NCBI GenBank assembly: GCA_964442255.1 | Contig: CAYTYC010000005.1 | Span: forward strand, 1-60,809 | Source: an uncultured archaeon | Lineage (GTDB): Archaea > Iainarchaeota > Iainarchaeia > Iainarchaeales > 1-14-0-10-31-34 | Reading direction: 5' to 3' | Length of the DNA stretch: 60,809 nt | In this document: positions 1-9,426 of the stretch, piece after piece | Numbering within the stretch: the first letter of the stretch is position 1 | Layout: each line of letters begins with the position of its first letter | The notes under the pieces: model-generated | The model's database searches: none | What the model was told of the DNA's origin: nothing | Seen by the model: the letters and a program-made list of their open reading frames with translations, nothing else | Made by a program: the position numbers and the translations under genes

Positions 1-17
1 TCCGCCGAAGGCGGCCC
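1..17. repeat. GC-rich mini-hairpin TCCGCCGAAGGCGGCCC, identical to the last 17 nt of the window
   Basis: 1-17 is identical to 60793-60809; contains the hairpin CCGCC-GAA-GGCGG. Confidence 0.9.
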
Positions 18-18
18 T

Positions 19-106
19 TTTTGATCAAACTTTTTGGAAAAAAGTTTGTTTTGATGAAACTTTTTTGAAAAGTTTCTTTTGGTAAAACTTTTTAAGAAAA
101 AGTTTT
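19..106 (+). repeat. Three tandem copies of a REP-like hairpin element (TTTTGRY-N-AAACTTTT-loop-AAAAGTTT-N')
   Basis: Units at 19-48, 49-76 and 77-106; the stem-base pair covaries C-G, G-C, A-T. Confidence 0.85.
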
Positions 107-142
107 ATTAATTCTTTTAATTTAATTTTAAGAGGCGCTTAT

Positions 143-1591
143 ATGACTGAACTGAAACAGGTGGACGAATACGTTTGGGAGATCCCCAAAAGCGGGGACA
201 TGAATGTTCCGGCAAGGATTTACGGAGACAACTACATTATTAACCAGCTGAAAGAAGAAGACGAAAAGCAGGAATGGAATCCCTTAAAGCAGCTGAAAAA
301 CGTTGCCGCACTGCCCGGAATAGAAAAGCATGTTTTGGCCCTCTCGGATGTGCATGCGGGATACGGAAACGTCATAGGGGGGGTCATGGCATCTGATTTA
401 GAGGAAGGAGTAATAACCTTCGGATCGATCGGTTTTGATATCAACTGCGGCCTGCACACCCTGAAAACTTCCTTGAGCCTGAAAGACATTGAAGGGAAAA
501 AAGAAGAACTGGCTGAAGCGCTGTTCAAGAATGTTCCCGCGGGACTGGGAAGCACGGGAAAACTGAGAATGGATTTAAACGAAATAGATGAAGTGCTGGT
601 GAAAGGGGCAAAGTATTCCGTGGAAAAAGGGTTTGGGACAAATGATGATTTAAAGCACTTGGAAGAAAATGGAGTGATTGAAGGAGCAAAACCGGAAAAT
701 GTTTCAATGAAGGCAAAGCAAAGGCAGTTCAAGCAAATCGGCACTTTGGGCAGCGGAAACCACTATCTTGAGGTGCAGATAGTGGAGAAAGTGTTTGATG
801 AAAAAACCGCGAAAGCGTTCGGGTTGTTTGAGGGGCAGGTTATTGTTTCAGTTCACTGCGGAAGCCGCGGTTTGGGGCACCAGATTGGAACGGATTACCT
901 GCAGGAACTGGACAAGGCAACCAAAAAATATGGAATCAAAATAAAGGACAAGGAACTCGTGTGCGCGCCGATTCAGTCCGAAGAAGGGCAAAAATATTTT
1001 TCCGCCGTGAAAGCCGGAATTAATACCGCGTTTGCGAACAGGCAAACCATTGCGCATTTGACAAGGGAAACATTCGAAAAAGTTTTGGGGGTTGGGGAAA
1101 CGGAAGTTAAAACCTTGTACGGAATAGGGCACAATACAGCGAAAGTGGAAGAGCACAAAGTAGGGGGGAAAACAAAAAAGCTTTTGGTGCAAAGAAAGGG
1201 AAGTACACGCGGTTTTGGCCCCGGGAGAGAAGAGATTCCAGAGGATTACCGGAGCGCGGGGCAGCCCATTATTGTGGGCGGAACAATGGGAACGCACTCC
1301 TACATTTTGGCCGGAACGGAAAAGGCAATGCAGGAAACCTTTGGAAGCACAGTGCACGGGGCGGGAAGGACAATGAGCAGGGTGAAGGCAATGAGGCAGT
1401 GGAGAGGGGAAAAACTGGTGGAAGAGCTAAAGTCAAAGGGAATTACAGTGAAAGGGCATAGCTGGAAAAGCCTTGCGGAAGAGGCTCCCGGGGCTTACAA
1501 AGAAATTGACTCTGTTATTGATGTGATGCATTCCGCGGGAATAAGCACAAAAGTCGTGAAAGTGAGGCCCTGGACTGTAATCAAGGGATAA
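143..1591 (+). CDS. rtcB: RNA-splicing ligase RtcB
   Basis: Motifs DxHxGYG, GFDINCG, GTLGSGNHY, HCGSRG, PIIVGGTMG, STVHGAGR, EEAPGAYK. Confidence 0.97.
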   Translation: MTELKQVDEYVWEIPKSGDMNVPARIYGDNYIINQLKEEDEKQEWNPLKQLKNVAALPGIEKHVLALSDVHAGYGNVIGGVMASDLEEGVITFGSIGFDINCGLHTLKTSLSLKDIEGKKEELAEALFKNVPAGLGSTGKLRMDLNEIDEVLVKGAKYSVEKGFGTNDDLKHLEENGVIEGAKPENVSMKAKQRQFKQIGTLGSGNHYLEVQIVEKVFDEKTAKAFGLFEGQVIVSVHCGSRGLGHQIGTDYLQELDKATKKYGIKIKDKELVCAPIQSEEGQKYFSAVKAGINTAFANRQTIAHLTRETFEKVLGVGETEVKTLYGIGHNTAKVEEHKVGGKTKKLLVQRKGSTRGFGPGREEIPEDYRSAGQPIIVGGTMGTHSYILAGTEKAMQETFGSTVHGAGRTMSRVKAMRQWRGEKLVEELKSKGITVKGHSWKSLAEEAPGAYKEIDSVIDVMHSAGISTKVVKVRPWTVIKG

Positions 1592-1700
1592 AGGCTGAAA
1601 TTCACTCCTTCACGGTAAATCGATATCTTTTTAAATGCCTTCTGTGCAGATATATATTAGCAAAATTGTTACTACTTAACAGTTGCGAGGGTGATGTTGG

Positions 1701-4664
1701 TTGAAAAATGTTTTATGGCTGTCTGTATTGGGCTTGGTTTTTTTATCCCTGTTTAACGGGGCCTTTGCTTCTTTCCCGGATGTTTACACGATTGACGGAT
1801 ATTACGGGGAAATGAATTACGTTAAGGCAAGAAGCGATTCAGGTTCCTGGGGAACAAACATTACCGCAGAGACCGGGGATTACGTTGATGTAGAGGCAAC
1901 CGCAACCCTAAGGTATTACTGGGGCTACTACCCCTATCCCGACGACTACATTTACCCTGCAACAGATTTGCTTAACATAACGATTGAAGTTAAAGGATAC
2001 AAAAACGGCTACTGGAGCCATGTGGCAGGCCCCCTCACCCAAAGTGCCTACACATATGCAAACCACAGCCAAACATTTAGCTGGAACAACGCTTTCACTG
2101 TTTCAGGCGATTTTGAAAGATACGAGGTAACGGCTTATGCGGCTGTTTCCGGATATCCTTATGACAGCGAAAGAAGCGCATGGGTGGAAGTGGAAATGCC
2201 GGGCGCGGGATGCGAGGACATCAGGATTGACGGAAGAAGCGTTTACCTGGGTGAAGGGGAAACAAGCCATGAAACATTCACCATCAGAAACAACTCTGAC
2301 ACAAGGTTTTACATCGACGGCTTTAATGCGTATGATTCATCCCCCCATGTAAGCGTAAGCGACTACGATTACGACCAAACAATCGGCCCGAACAGGACCG
2401 GGGAACTGGGGGTAAAAATAATCGCCGCGGAAGTCAGCGGAGACAAGACCGCAACCGGAAACTTAAATGTTTCAGGGCACTTTGAGGGCGGAAAATACTG
2501 TAATTCAAGCGAAATAGGCACTGAAACCTTCACAGTTTACGTTAAAGACACGGCTCCTGACGCTTACTGCTCTGACATCAGCATAAGCGCAAACGACGTG
2601 GAAATGGAAGAAAACAGCGTGAAGTACGCGAATGTAAGGGTTTACAACCGCTCAGGAAGGGGCTTTTATTTAACGGGCTTGACAGCAGGCGACAACAGCA
2701 CTTTTTTGGATGCAGAGGTAAGCGGATTCAGCGACGCATACATTGGAGCGAATTCAAGCAAACTCTTCCAGGTTAGGCTTGACTCGGGAAGCCTTTCAGG
2801 GGAAAAGCAGGCGACAGTCACCGTGCGCGGAAAAGGCTATTTTGCTTCAGGCGGCGGAAGCTGCAGTCTGGGAAGCATTGTCGGATACTTTGTTGTGACA
2901 GTCGGGGAAAGCCAGGAAGCAGGGGTTTGCCCGGACATACGAATAAGGACGCATTCAATTTCAATGAATGAAAACGAAGTGCGGACGGTTGAATTCGGGA
3001 TAGACAACCTTTCAGGCCAAAGGTTCATCGTCCAGTCCGCGCGGGCAAACGATTTGAGTTCATACTTGGAAGTTGACAAGGCTTCAAACAGCACAATAAT
3101 TTATGGAAACGATGAAGGCTACATTAAGGCAAGAATTGAATCCGAAAACGTTTCAAGCGACAAATTAAGCCAAAGGGCTTACGCGGAATTAAGCGGCTAC
3201 TTCAGGGACAGCAGGGGATACATGGGAGAAAGCTGCTCTTTCACGCAAACAAGGAAATACTTTGAGGTCGACATACTGGACAGGGACAACGCGGGAAGCG
3301 GATACGGTTACTGTGGAGACGTTGACGTAATCACTGAAACCGTTTACCTTGATTCGGGCGAAACAAAGTACCCGACATTCACCGTAAAGAACCGGGGCTC
3401 AAGGGACTTTTACCTGGATAATGTGAGGGTTTTCGACAACAGCCAGGAAATAAGGGCAGAGGAATACATGAAAAGCAGCAGAATCAACGCCAACAGCCCG
3501 GGCTACATTACCGCAAAAATAACCGCCTTCCACACAAACAGGGATGAAACCGCAACCGCCTACATTGACTTCAGCGGAAGGTTTTCGGACGGAACACACT
3601 GCTCCTCCTTTGAGACAGGAAAAGAAAGCTTCACCGTAAGGGTCAACGCGGACGGAAAAGATGAAGGGTTTTGCCCGGACTTTGAGCTGGATGTTCCAGG
3701 GGAAGTGACGGTTGACGGAGACGGGGGCTTCAGGATTGAAGTAAACAACAGCGGAACTGAAAAAACGGGGGAAATAAGGCTGAGGGGAACAAATGCAGGG
3801 GTAAGCCCCTCAATAATTTCCATAAGGGCGGGGCAGCACACAACCGAAAGGGTTTCAGTTGAGGTTGAAGGCCGGCCTGCCTACGTTACATTTGATGTTG
3901 ACTTAAGCGGATGCAACATTTCCTCGCAAAGCACGAAAATAATTTCCGCCCCATCGGATGAAAGGGAATTGAGGATTGTTTCCGCTCCCGACAGGGAAAC
4001 ACTTACGGGAAAGGAAGCACTTGGAATCACGGTTAAAAACGATTCAGGCGAGGACCTGGATGTAATGGTTTCGTTTAAAGGATTCCCGGGCTCGTGGGAA
4101 ATCGAAGAAAAAACGGTTTTCATTGAAGCCAGGGAAAGCAAAACCGTTTACCTTGAGGTAAGCCCAAAGGAAAGCGGAACATTCAGCGGAATGGCAGTCG
4201 CTGAAGCGGATTCATTCCGCGACACGGAAAACTTTCAGCTGGTTGTTGACTTGGGTGACGGGGAAATCGGGTTAAGCGCGGAAGTCACGCCCCCGCTCAC
4301 AGGAAACACTTACACGCTGGAAGTGACGGTTAAAAACGATTCAAATGAAAGGATTGAAGGAATCCTGGAGTTAAATGTTCCGGAAGAATGGGAAAGTGAA
4401 GGCGAAATGGATGTTTCGGTTGGCGCAGGGGACGAGAAAACCTATGCGCTGAAGGTCACCCCGAATGAAAGATTAACTGAAGCATTTGAGGCAAAGGCAA
4501 CACTTGTAACCGATTCCGGCTTGGAGTACAGTGAAGGCATTGAATTCGGCGTTCCAGTGCCTGCAATCGGAACCGCTTTCGCGGCATTAATCAGCAACCC
4601 GTTCAATCTGGTTCTGGTAATAATCATCATCATTCTGCTGATAGTGCTGTTAAAAAGGAAATAA
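1701..4664 (+). CDS. Large secreted, membrane-anchored surface protein with Cys-bracketed Ig-like repeats (S-layer/adhesin-like)
   Basis: N-terminal signal peptide; four ~120-aa repeats starting CxDIxI; CARDB/NPCBM-assoc-like segments (VTVKN...LELNVPEEW); C-terminal TM helix followed by KRK; GGGTGATG SD before TTG. Confidence 0.8.
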   Translation: MKNVLWLSVLGLVFLSLFNGAFASFPDVYTIDGYYGEMNYVKARSDSGSWGTNITAETGDYVDVEATATLRYYWGYYPYPDDYIYPATDLLNITIEVKGYKNGYWSHVAGPLTQSAYTYANHSQTFSWNNAFTVSGDFERYEVTAYAAVSGYPYDSERSAWVEVEMPGAGCEDIRIDGRSVYLGEGETSHETFTIRNNSDTRFYIDGFNAYDSSPHVSVSDYDYDQTIGPNRTGELGVKIIAAEVSGDKTATGNLNVSGHFEGGKYCNSSEIGTETFTVYVKDTAPDAYCSDISISANDVEMEENSVKYANVRVYNRSGRGFYLTGLTAGDNSTFLDAEVSGFSDAYIGANSSKLFQVRLDSGSLSGEKQATVTVRGKGYFASGGGSCSLGSIVGYFVVTVGESQEAGVCPDIRIRTHSISMNENEVRTVEFGIDNLSGQRFIVQSARANDLSSYLEVDKASNSTIIYGNDEGYIKARIESENVSSDKLSQRAYAELSGYFRDSRGYMGESCSFTQTRKYFEVDILDRDNAGSGYGYCGDVDVITETVYLDSGETKYPTFTVKNRGSRDFYLDNVRVFDNSQEIRAEEYMKSSRINANSPGYITAKITAFHTNRDETATAYIDFSGRFSDGTHCSSFETGKESFTVRVNADGKDEGFCPDFELDVPGEVTVDGDGGFRIEVNNSGTEKTGEIRLRGTNAGVSPSIISIRAGQHTTERVSVEVEGRPAYVTFDVDLSGCNISSQSTKIISAPSDERELRIVSAPDRETLTGKEALGITVKNDSGEDLDVMVSFKGFPGSWEIEEKTVFIEARESKTVYLEVSPKESGTFSGMAVAEADSFRDTENFQLVVDLGDGEIGLSAEVTPPLTGNTYTLEVTVKNDSNERIEGILELNVPEEWESEGEMDVSVGAGDEKTYALKVTPNERLTEAFEAKATLVTDSGLEYSEGIEFGVPVPAIGTAFAALISNPFNLVLVIIIIILLIVLLKRK

Positions 4665-4698
4665 AAAGGGAAATAATCCCTTCCTGTTTTTTATTTTT

Positions 4699-5955
4699 TC
4701 AGTTCTCTAATGTAAAGGACTGGAAAGTAAAGTAAGCCGGCTTCCTGTAAAAGTCAAAGTCATCTGAGCCATCCCCATCGGGGTCGCCGTCAAGTATTCT
4801 GATTAAACCTGATTTGACGTGCGCAGGGGTGACATTCGGTTTTCCTCCAGCCTGAAATGCAGTCCCTCCAGAAAACCCTCTTCATCAAGCTTTTTAACGT
4901 ACAAGTAAAACCTTTCATTGTGGTAGTCGTCTGTATAATTTTCTGCAAGAATGTTGGGGCCGCCGAATTCCGAGGCAATGAAGGGCTTGAAGGGAACCCA
5001 GGAACGGAACATTTGAGTGTATGCGCTCCAGTTTTCCACGTCATCGTAAAGGTGAAGGTCAAGGGCATCAAACAAGGCTTCTTCGCAGGGAGGCTCCATT
5101 TCAAGGACACAGCGAACCCTCTGCAACATTTCCTGTATCCGGGAATCCGGGCAAATGCTTTCCCTCATGTCAGAGGTTACAGCACTTCCGTCGCCCGCAA
5201 TAAATTCATCAATCCAGGGGGGGTCATCACAAAAGGCAAGCCACTGGATTGAGCCAATCGGCAAGCCGCCTAAGGCAACCAGAGGCCTTTCATTTTCAGG
5301 AATCTTTTGGACTTCACTGTAAAGAATGTTGTTGTATTCAACAAGTGTTTCCGGCGGGCCGATAAACCAGTGGGTTGAGGGCCACTCGTTTCCGAACTGA
5401 ATTTTGTCAATCTTTGCAGCCCTTCCGTCCATTAAAAGGTTTTCAATGTATTCCCTGAACTCCCCTGAATCAGTGAACACGCAGGATTTTTCATTTTTAA
5501 GTTCAGGGTCGCAAACCCAGTCGGGGCCCAAAGACTCAATGGTTAAAATAACCAAAAAATTGTTTTGCTCGAAGAAATTAAGTTTTTCGTCCAAGCCATC
5601 CCAGTCAAATTCGTCATCCGCGGGCTCCCTTTCAGCCCAGTCCTCAGAAATCCTTATCCTGTCCGCGCCAAGCTCGGGAAGGGACTCAAGAGTTAAATTA
5701 ACCTGCTTTTCGTCAGCCAGGGGCTGGTAAGAGATTCCCAATTCAAGCTGCTGCAGGGAATAATCCCGTGGGTCAGGGCTTGGGGGAGGAAGGGCTGGCC
5801 CTGTGCTGCCTCCGCCGGATTCATCGCCTTCCTCGCCGCCTCCAGGGATTCCAATCGCAAGCTTTGCCCCGCCTTCAGGGAAAAAAAGCGCGTAACCTGA
5901 AAAAAGAACCAGTACGGCAATCAGCACAGCCAAAAACCAAAAAAAATGTCTTCAC
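4699..5955 (-). CDS. Membrane-anchored clan GH-A glycoside hydrolase (GH5/GH39-like), paralog of the adjacent gene, with apparent frameshifts near both ends (main ORF 4803-5933)
   Basis: KIQFGNEWPS acid/base motif and SEFGGP nucleophile motif; homology to the paralog continues in the -1 frame to a TGA at 4699; a GTG start at 5955 is put out of frame by a T8 run. Confidence 0.75.
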
Positions 5956-5988
5956 GCGGTCCACACCAAACAAAGGAATTCATTATAT

Positions 5989-7332
5989 TTATGTGTTTTG
6001 GTTTTCCAAGGAAAACTTTTTGAACGTATAATAGGCGGGCTTTAATTCAAAGTCAAGGTCTTCATTTAAAACCCTGAGAAGCCCGGATTTGGAGTGGAAA
6101 TCCGCGGAATCGGCTTTTTCGTGGAGCCTGAAATAATATCCTTCGGTTATTTCAAGAGCGTCCAGTTTTTTAATGTATTCAAAAACCCTTTGGCTGTGAT
6201 ATTCATCCGTGTACGTCTCCGCCAAATTGTTGGGGCCGCCGAATTCCGTTGAATAAAACGGCTTTGAGGGAGCCTTTTCATGCATCATTTCAACGTAAAT
6301 GCTCCAGTTTTCCACGTCATCGTAAAGGTGCAAGTCAATTGAATCGTACTTGGCGTTTGCAAGCACATGGGAAACGCGTTCCTGCATGTCCAGCATTGTT
6401 TCAGTTTCGCATGAAGAGTTTATCCGGCCCTGGCCGATGGAAGTGCCGTCAGAGGCAACAAAACCGGAGAGCCTGCCTTCGCAGGCGGCAAGCCATTGGA
6501 GTGAGCCAATGGAAAAGCCGCCCAAAACGAATTCCGTTGAAGGGGAATAAGCCTGGACTGCATCATACAAAATGTTATTGTATTCCACGAATTGTTCCTT
6601 TGAGCCAATAAACCAGTGGGTTGAGGGCCACTCGTTTCCGAACTGGATTTTATCAATTTTATTGGGGTGCCTCTGGAGAAGCAATTCCACATAGCTTTTG
6701 AATTCGCCTGTATTAACAAACACGCAGGAATTCTCGTTTTTTTGGGTTTGGCTGCACGCCCAGTCCGGGCCATTGGAGTAAATGGTTACAACCGCTGAAA
6801 GGCTGTTTTGCTCCACAAAATCAAGCCTGTCGTCAAGCCCTGCCCAGTTGAATTGCCCGTTAACCGGCTCACGGAAACGCCATTCCTCCCCAAAGCGGAC
6901 CTTTGAAACCCCAAGGTTTTGCAGGTGAGGGAGGGAAAAAGCACGCTGCTCCGTATCCGCAATTGGGGGATAAGAAATCCCGAGTTCAAGCTGCTCCAAA
7001 TGATATTCGGAGTCGCCGTTTTTTACTTCACTTCCACAGGGTTCGCAAGCCTCACACCCTTCACACTCTTCACAAACTTCGCAGTCTTCACAAACTTCGC
7101 AGTCTTCACAAACTTCACAGGGAGGGCACTCGCCGTTTTCACCGCAATCCGGGCATTCCGGGCAGGGTTCGCATTCCCCGCATTCAGGGCACTCGCAGGG
7201 AGGGCATTCCGGGCAATCGCACGGGGGGCAGGCGACGCAAGAGTTTTCGTCCGGCGGGCTTTGGGCGCAACCCAAAAGCAGGCCGAACAGCAGCAAAAAA
7301 GCGAATGCAGTAAGGGCATAAAAAGGCTTCAT
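5989..7332 (-). CDS. Lipoprotein clan GH-A glycoside hydrolase with a Cys-rich CxxC-repeat linker
   Basis: Lipobox LLGC; (CPE/CEV/CED)n linker; KIQFGNEWPS and STEFGGP catalytic Glu motifs; likely ATG at 7332. Confidence 0.8.
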   Translation of the reverse strand: MKPFYALTAFAFLLLFGLLLGCAQSPPDENSCVACPPCDCPECPPCECPECGECEPCPECPDCGENGECPPCEVCEDCEVCEDCEVCEECEGCEACEPCGSEVKNGDSEYHLEQLELGISYPPIADTEQRAFSLPHLQNLGVSKVRFGEEWRFREPVNGQFNWAGLDDRLDFVEQNSLSAVVTIYSNGPDWACSQTQKNENSCVFVNTGEFKSYVELLLQRHPNKIDKIQFGNEWPSTHWFIGSKEQFVEYNNILYDAVQAYSPSTEFVLGGFSIGSLQWLAACEGRLSGFVASDGTSIGQGRINSSCETETMLDMQERVSHVLANAKYDSIDLHLYDDVENWSIYVEMMHEKAPSKPFYSTEFGGPNNLAETYTDEYHSQRVFEYIKKLDALEITEGYYFRLHEKADSADFHSKSGLLRVLNEDLDFELKPAYYTFKKFSLENQNT

Positions 7333-7449
7333 GAAACTAAAGAAGAAGTCAAAGGTATTTATTTGTTGCGGCAAAAAAAAAAAGCCAACCGCAATATTTA
7401 TATATATTATTTAAGGAGAATTAGTAAGTATAAACAGGCCTTTTGGTAG

Positions 7450-7586
7450 ACTGTGGCCCGGAAATGGGTCGCAAATGCTAAAAAGAGCTAAGTTTTAGGT
7501 TTTAGCTTTTTTTGCAAAAAAACTACTGCAACGGTTCCTTTGGGGATGCGTGCAGTCATTGGCAAGAGCCTGCATTAGAGGACAGT
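7450..7586 (+). promoter_or_regulatory. Structured 5' leader of the ribosomal protein superoperon (candidate r-leader), downstream of an AT-rich TATA region at about 7397-7413
   Basis: Hairpins at 7452-7473 (GAAA loop), 7480-7512, 7525-7556 and 7561-7570; closing helix AATGC/GCATT (7474-7478/7572-7576). Confidence 0.5.
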
Positions 7587-7591
7587 GTAAA

Positions 7592-8605
7592 ATGACAAAA
7601 AAGCACAAGCCGAGAAGCGGAAGCCTGGCATACTATCCAAGAAAAAAGGCAGCAAAGGAAACCCCTTCCTTCCGCTCAATGCCTGAAGTGAATAGTGAAG
7701 AAACCAAAGCGCTCAATTTTTTCGGGTACAAGGCGGGAATGGTTCAGGCAAACGCAAAAGATGACCGCCAGAAAGGAATATTTTACGGCCAAAACATTTC
7801 AGTTCCCTGCACGGCGCTGGAATGCCCGGCAATAAAGGTTTTCGGGATAAGGGCCTACGCAGAGGACAGGAAAAAGAAAAAAGTTTTGGGGGAAGTTTGG
7901 GCGGAAAAAACTGAAAAGCATTTGAAAAGAAAAATCAGGTCCCTGAAAAAGAAAAAAGAAAAAAACAGGGAAAAGAAAAAAGAAAGGGAATTTGAAACTG
8001 TTTCTGATTTGGAGAAATCAAAGGAAACTATTTCAGAGATAAGGCTTTTGGTGCACACCCAGCCCCATTTAACAGGCATTGGAAAAAAAAAGCCGGAGGT
8101 AAGCGAAATCCACCTGAACGGAAAAGTTGAAGGGCAACTGGAGTTCGCGAAAAAAAGGCTTGGGCAGGAGCTCAAGGCAAGCGAAGTGTTCAAGGAAAAC
8201 CAGTTTTTGGACGTAAGGGCTGTAACGAAAGGAAAAGGAATGCAGGGGACAGTGAAAAGGTTTGGAGTCAAGGTGCAGAGGCCAAAGGCAAAAAAAAGAA
8301 GGGTTGTGGGCGCAATAAGCCCGTGGAAGCCCGCAACAGTCATGAGGACCGTCGCAAGGCCCGGGCAAATGGGATACCAGAACAGGACGGAATACAACAA
8401 AAGGCTGCTTCTGATTGAAGCGGAAAAAAATTTTTCCCCTGAAGCGGGATTCACGGAATACGGGAAAACAAAAAATGAGGTAATGGTTGTGGCTGGCTCA
8501 ATTCCCGGGGCAAGAAAAAGGCTTGTGGCGTTAAGGGAGCCCATAAGAAGGTTTGACGAGAACAGGCTCAAGGCAAGCGAAGCAGAGGTTGCGGTGAAAA
8601 AATGA
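7592..8605 (+). CDS. rpl3: 50S ribosomal protein uL3
   Basis: PRSGSLAYYPRK, GYKAGM, TKGKGMQG, PGQMGY motifs; ATG at 7592. Confidence 0.97.
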   Translation: MTKKHKPRSGSLAYYPRKKAAKETPSFRSMPEVNSEETKALNFFGYKAGMVQANAKDDRQKGIFYGQNISVPCTALECPAIKVFGIRAYAEDRKKKKVLGEVWAEKTEKHLKRKIRSLKKKKEKNREKKKEREFETVSDLEKSKETISEIRLLVHTQPHLTGIGKKKPEVSEIHLNGKVEGQLEFAKKRLGQELKASEVFKENQFLDVRAVTKGKGMQGTVKRFGVKVQRPKAKKRRVVGAISPWKPATVMRTVARPGQMGYQNRTEYNKRLLLIEAEKNFSPEAGFTEYGKTKNEVMVVAGSIPGARKRLVALREPIRRFDENRLKASEAEVAVKK

Positions 8606-9426
8606 AGGCAGGCGTGTTAAGCGTAAGCGGCTCAAAGGTAAAGGAAATCTCCCTTCCAAAAGTGTTTGAAACCCCTTTCGAGCCCGCATTAATCAAAAGG
8701 GCTGTTTTAAGCATTCAAAGCGCGAAAAGGCAGCCAAAAGGAGTGAAGCCGAACGCGGGAAGAAATAACACCGCCACTTATATTGGAAGAAGGGGAAAAC
8801 CCCAGTTCAGGAGAACAATCAACGTGGGAAGGGCAAGGAAGCCGAGGCTGAAAAACAGGCGCGAGCTTTTGTTTGGAAGGGTTGCATCGGTTCCGGAGGC
8901 AGTGGGCGGGCCAAAAGCGCATCCCCCGAAAACAGGGAAAACACTCAAAGAAAAAATAAACAAAAAGGAAAAGAAAAAGGCGCTGGAGTCGGCAATTGCC
9001 GCGACGGCAATAAAGGAATGCGTGAAAAAAAGAAATTCATGGGTAAAAGAAAAAATGGATTTGCCGCTTGTGGTGGAAGCAAAATTTGAGGGCATTTCAA
9101 AAACAAAAGAAGTGAACGAAAGCCTTTCCGCCCTGCATTTGCTGGACGGAGTGGAAAACGCGAAAAAAAAGAGGCAAATCCGCGCAGGAAAAGGCAAAAA
9201 AAGGGGAAGAAAATACAAGAAAAGGAAATCTTTTTTGGTTGTCACCGGCGGAAAGGCGGAGGTTTTCAGGGCGGCAAGAAACCTGGAGGGAGTGGAAGTC
9301 GTTGAGGCGGGAAACCTGAACGCGGAACTCCTTGCGCCGGGGGCTGAAGCCGGAAGGCTGACGCTTTGGACGGAAAACGCATTGAATGCATTGAAGGGAA
9401 AAGGTGTGAAAGTTGAAAAAAAGTGA
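8602..9426 (+). CDS. rpl4: 50S ribosomal protein uL4
   Basis: VGGPKAHPPK, RAGKGKKRGR, RNLEGV, LLAPGA motifs; operon position. Confidence 0.97.
   Translation: MKAGVLSVSGSKVKEISLPKVFETPFEPALIKRAVLSIQSAKRQPKGVKPNAGRNNTATYIGRRGKPQFRRTINVGRARKPRLKNRRELLFGRVASVPEAVGGPKAHPPKTGKTLKEKINKKEKKKALESAIAATAIKECVKKRNSWVKEKMDLPLVVEAKFEGISKTKEVNESLSALHLLDGVENAKKKRQIRAGKGKKRGRKYKKRKSFLVVTGGKAEVFRAARNLEGVEVVEAGNLNAELLAPGAEAGRLTLWTENALNALKGKGVKVEKK

Noticed and set aside
19..106. Tandem ~29-bp palindromic units as a CRISPR array
   Set aside because: The units abut with no spacers, vary in sequence, are dispersed through the window, and no cas gene is present.
143..1591. rtcB as part of an RNA-repair or defence module, or as intein-containing
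   Set aside because: It has normal length with no intein motifs, and no rtcA, Ro/TROVE, archease or toxin gene is adjacent, so it is best read as the housekeeping tRNA ligase.
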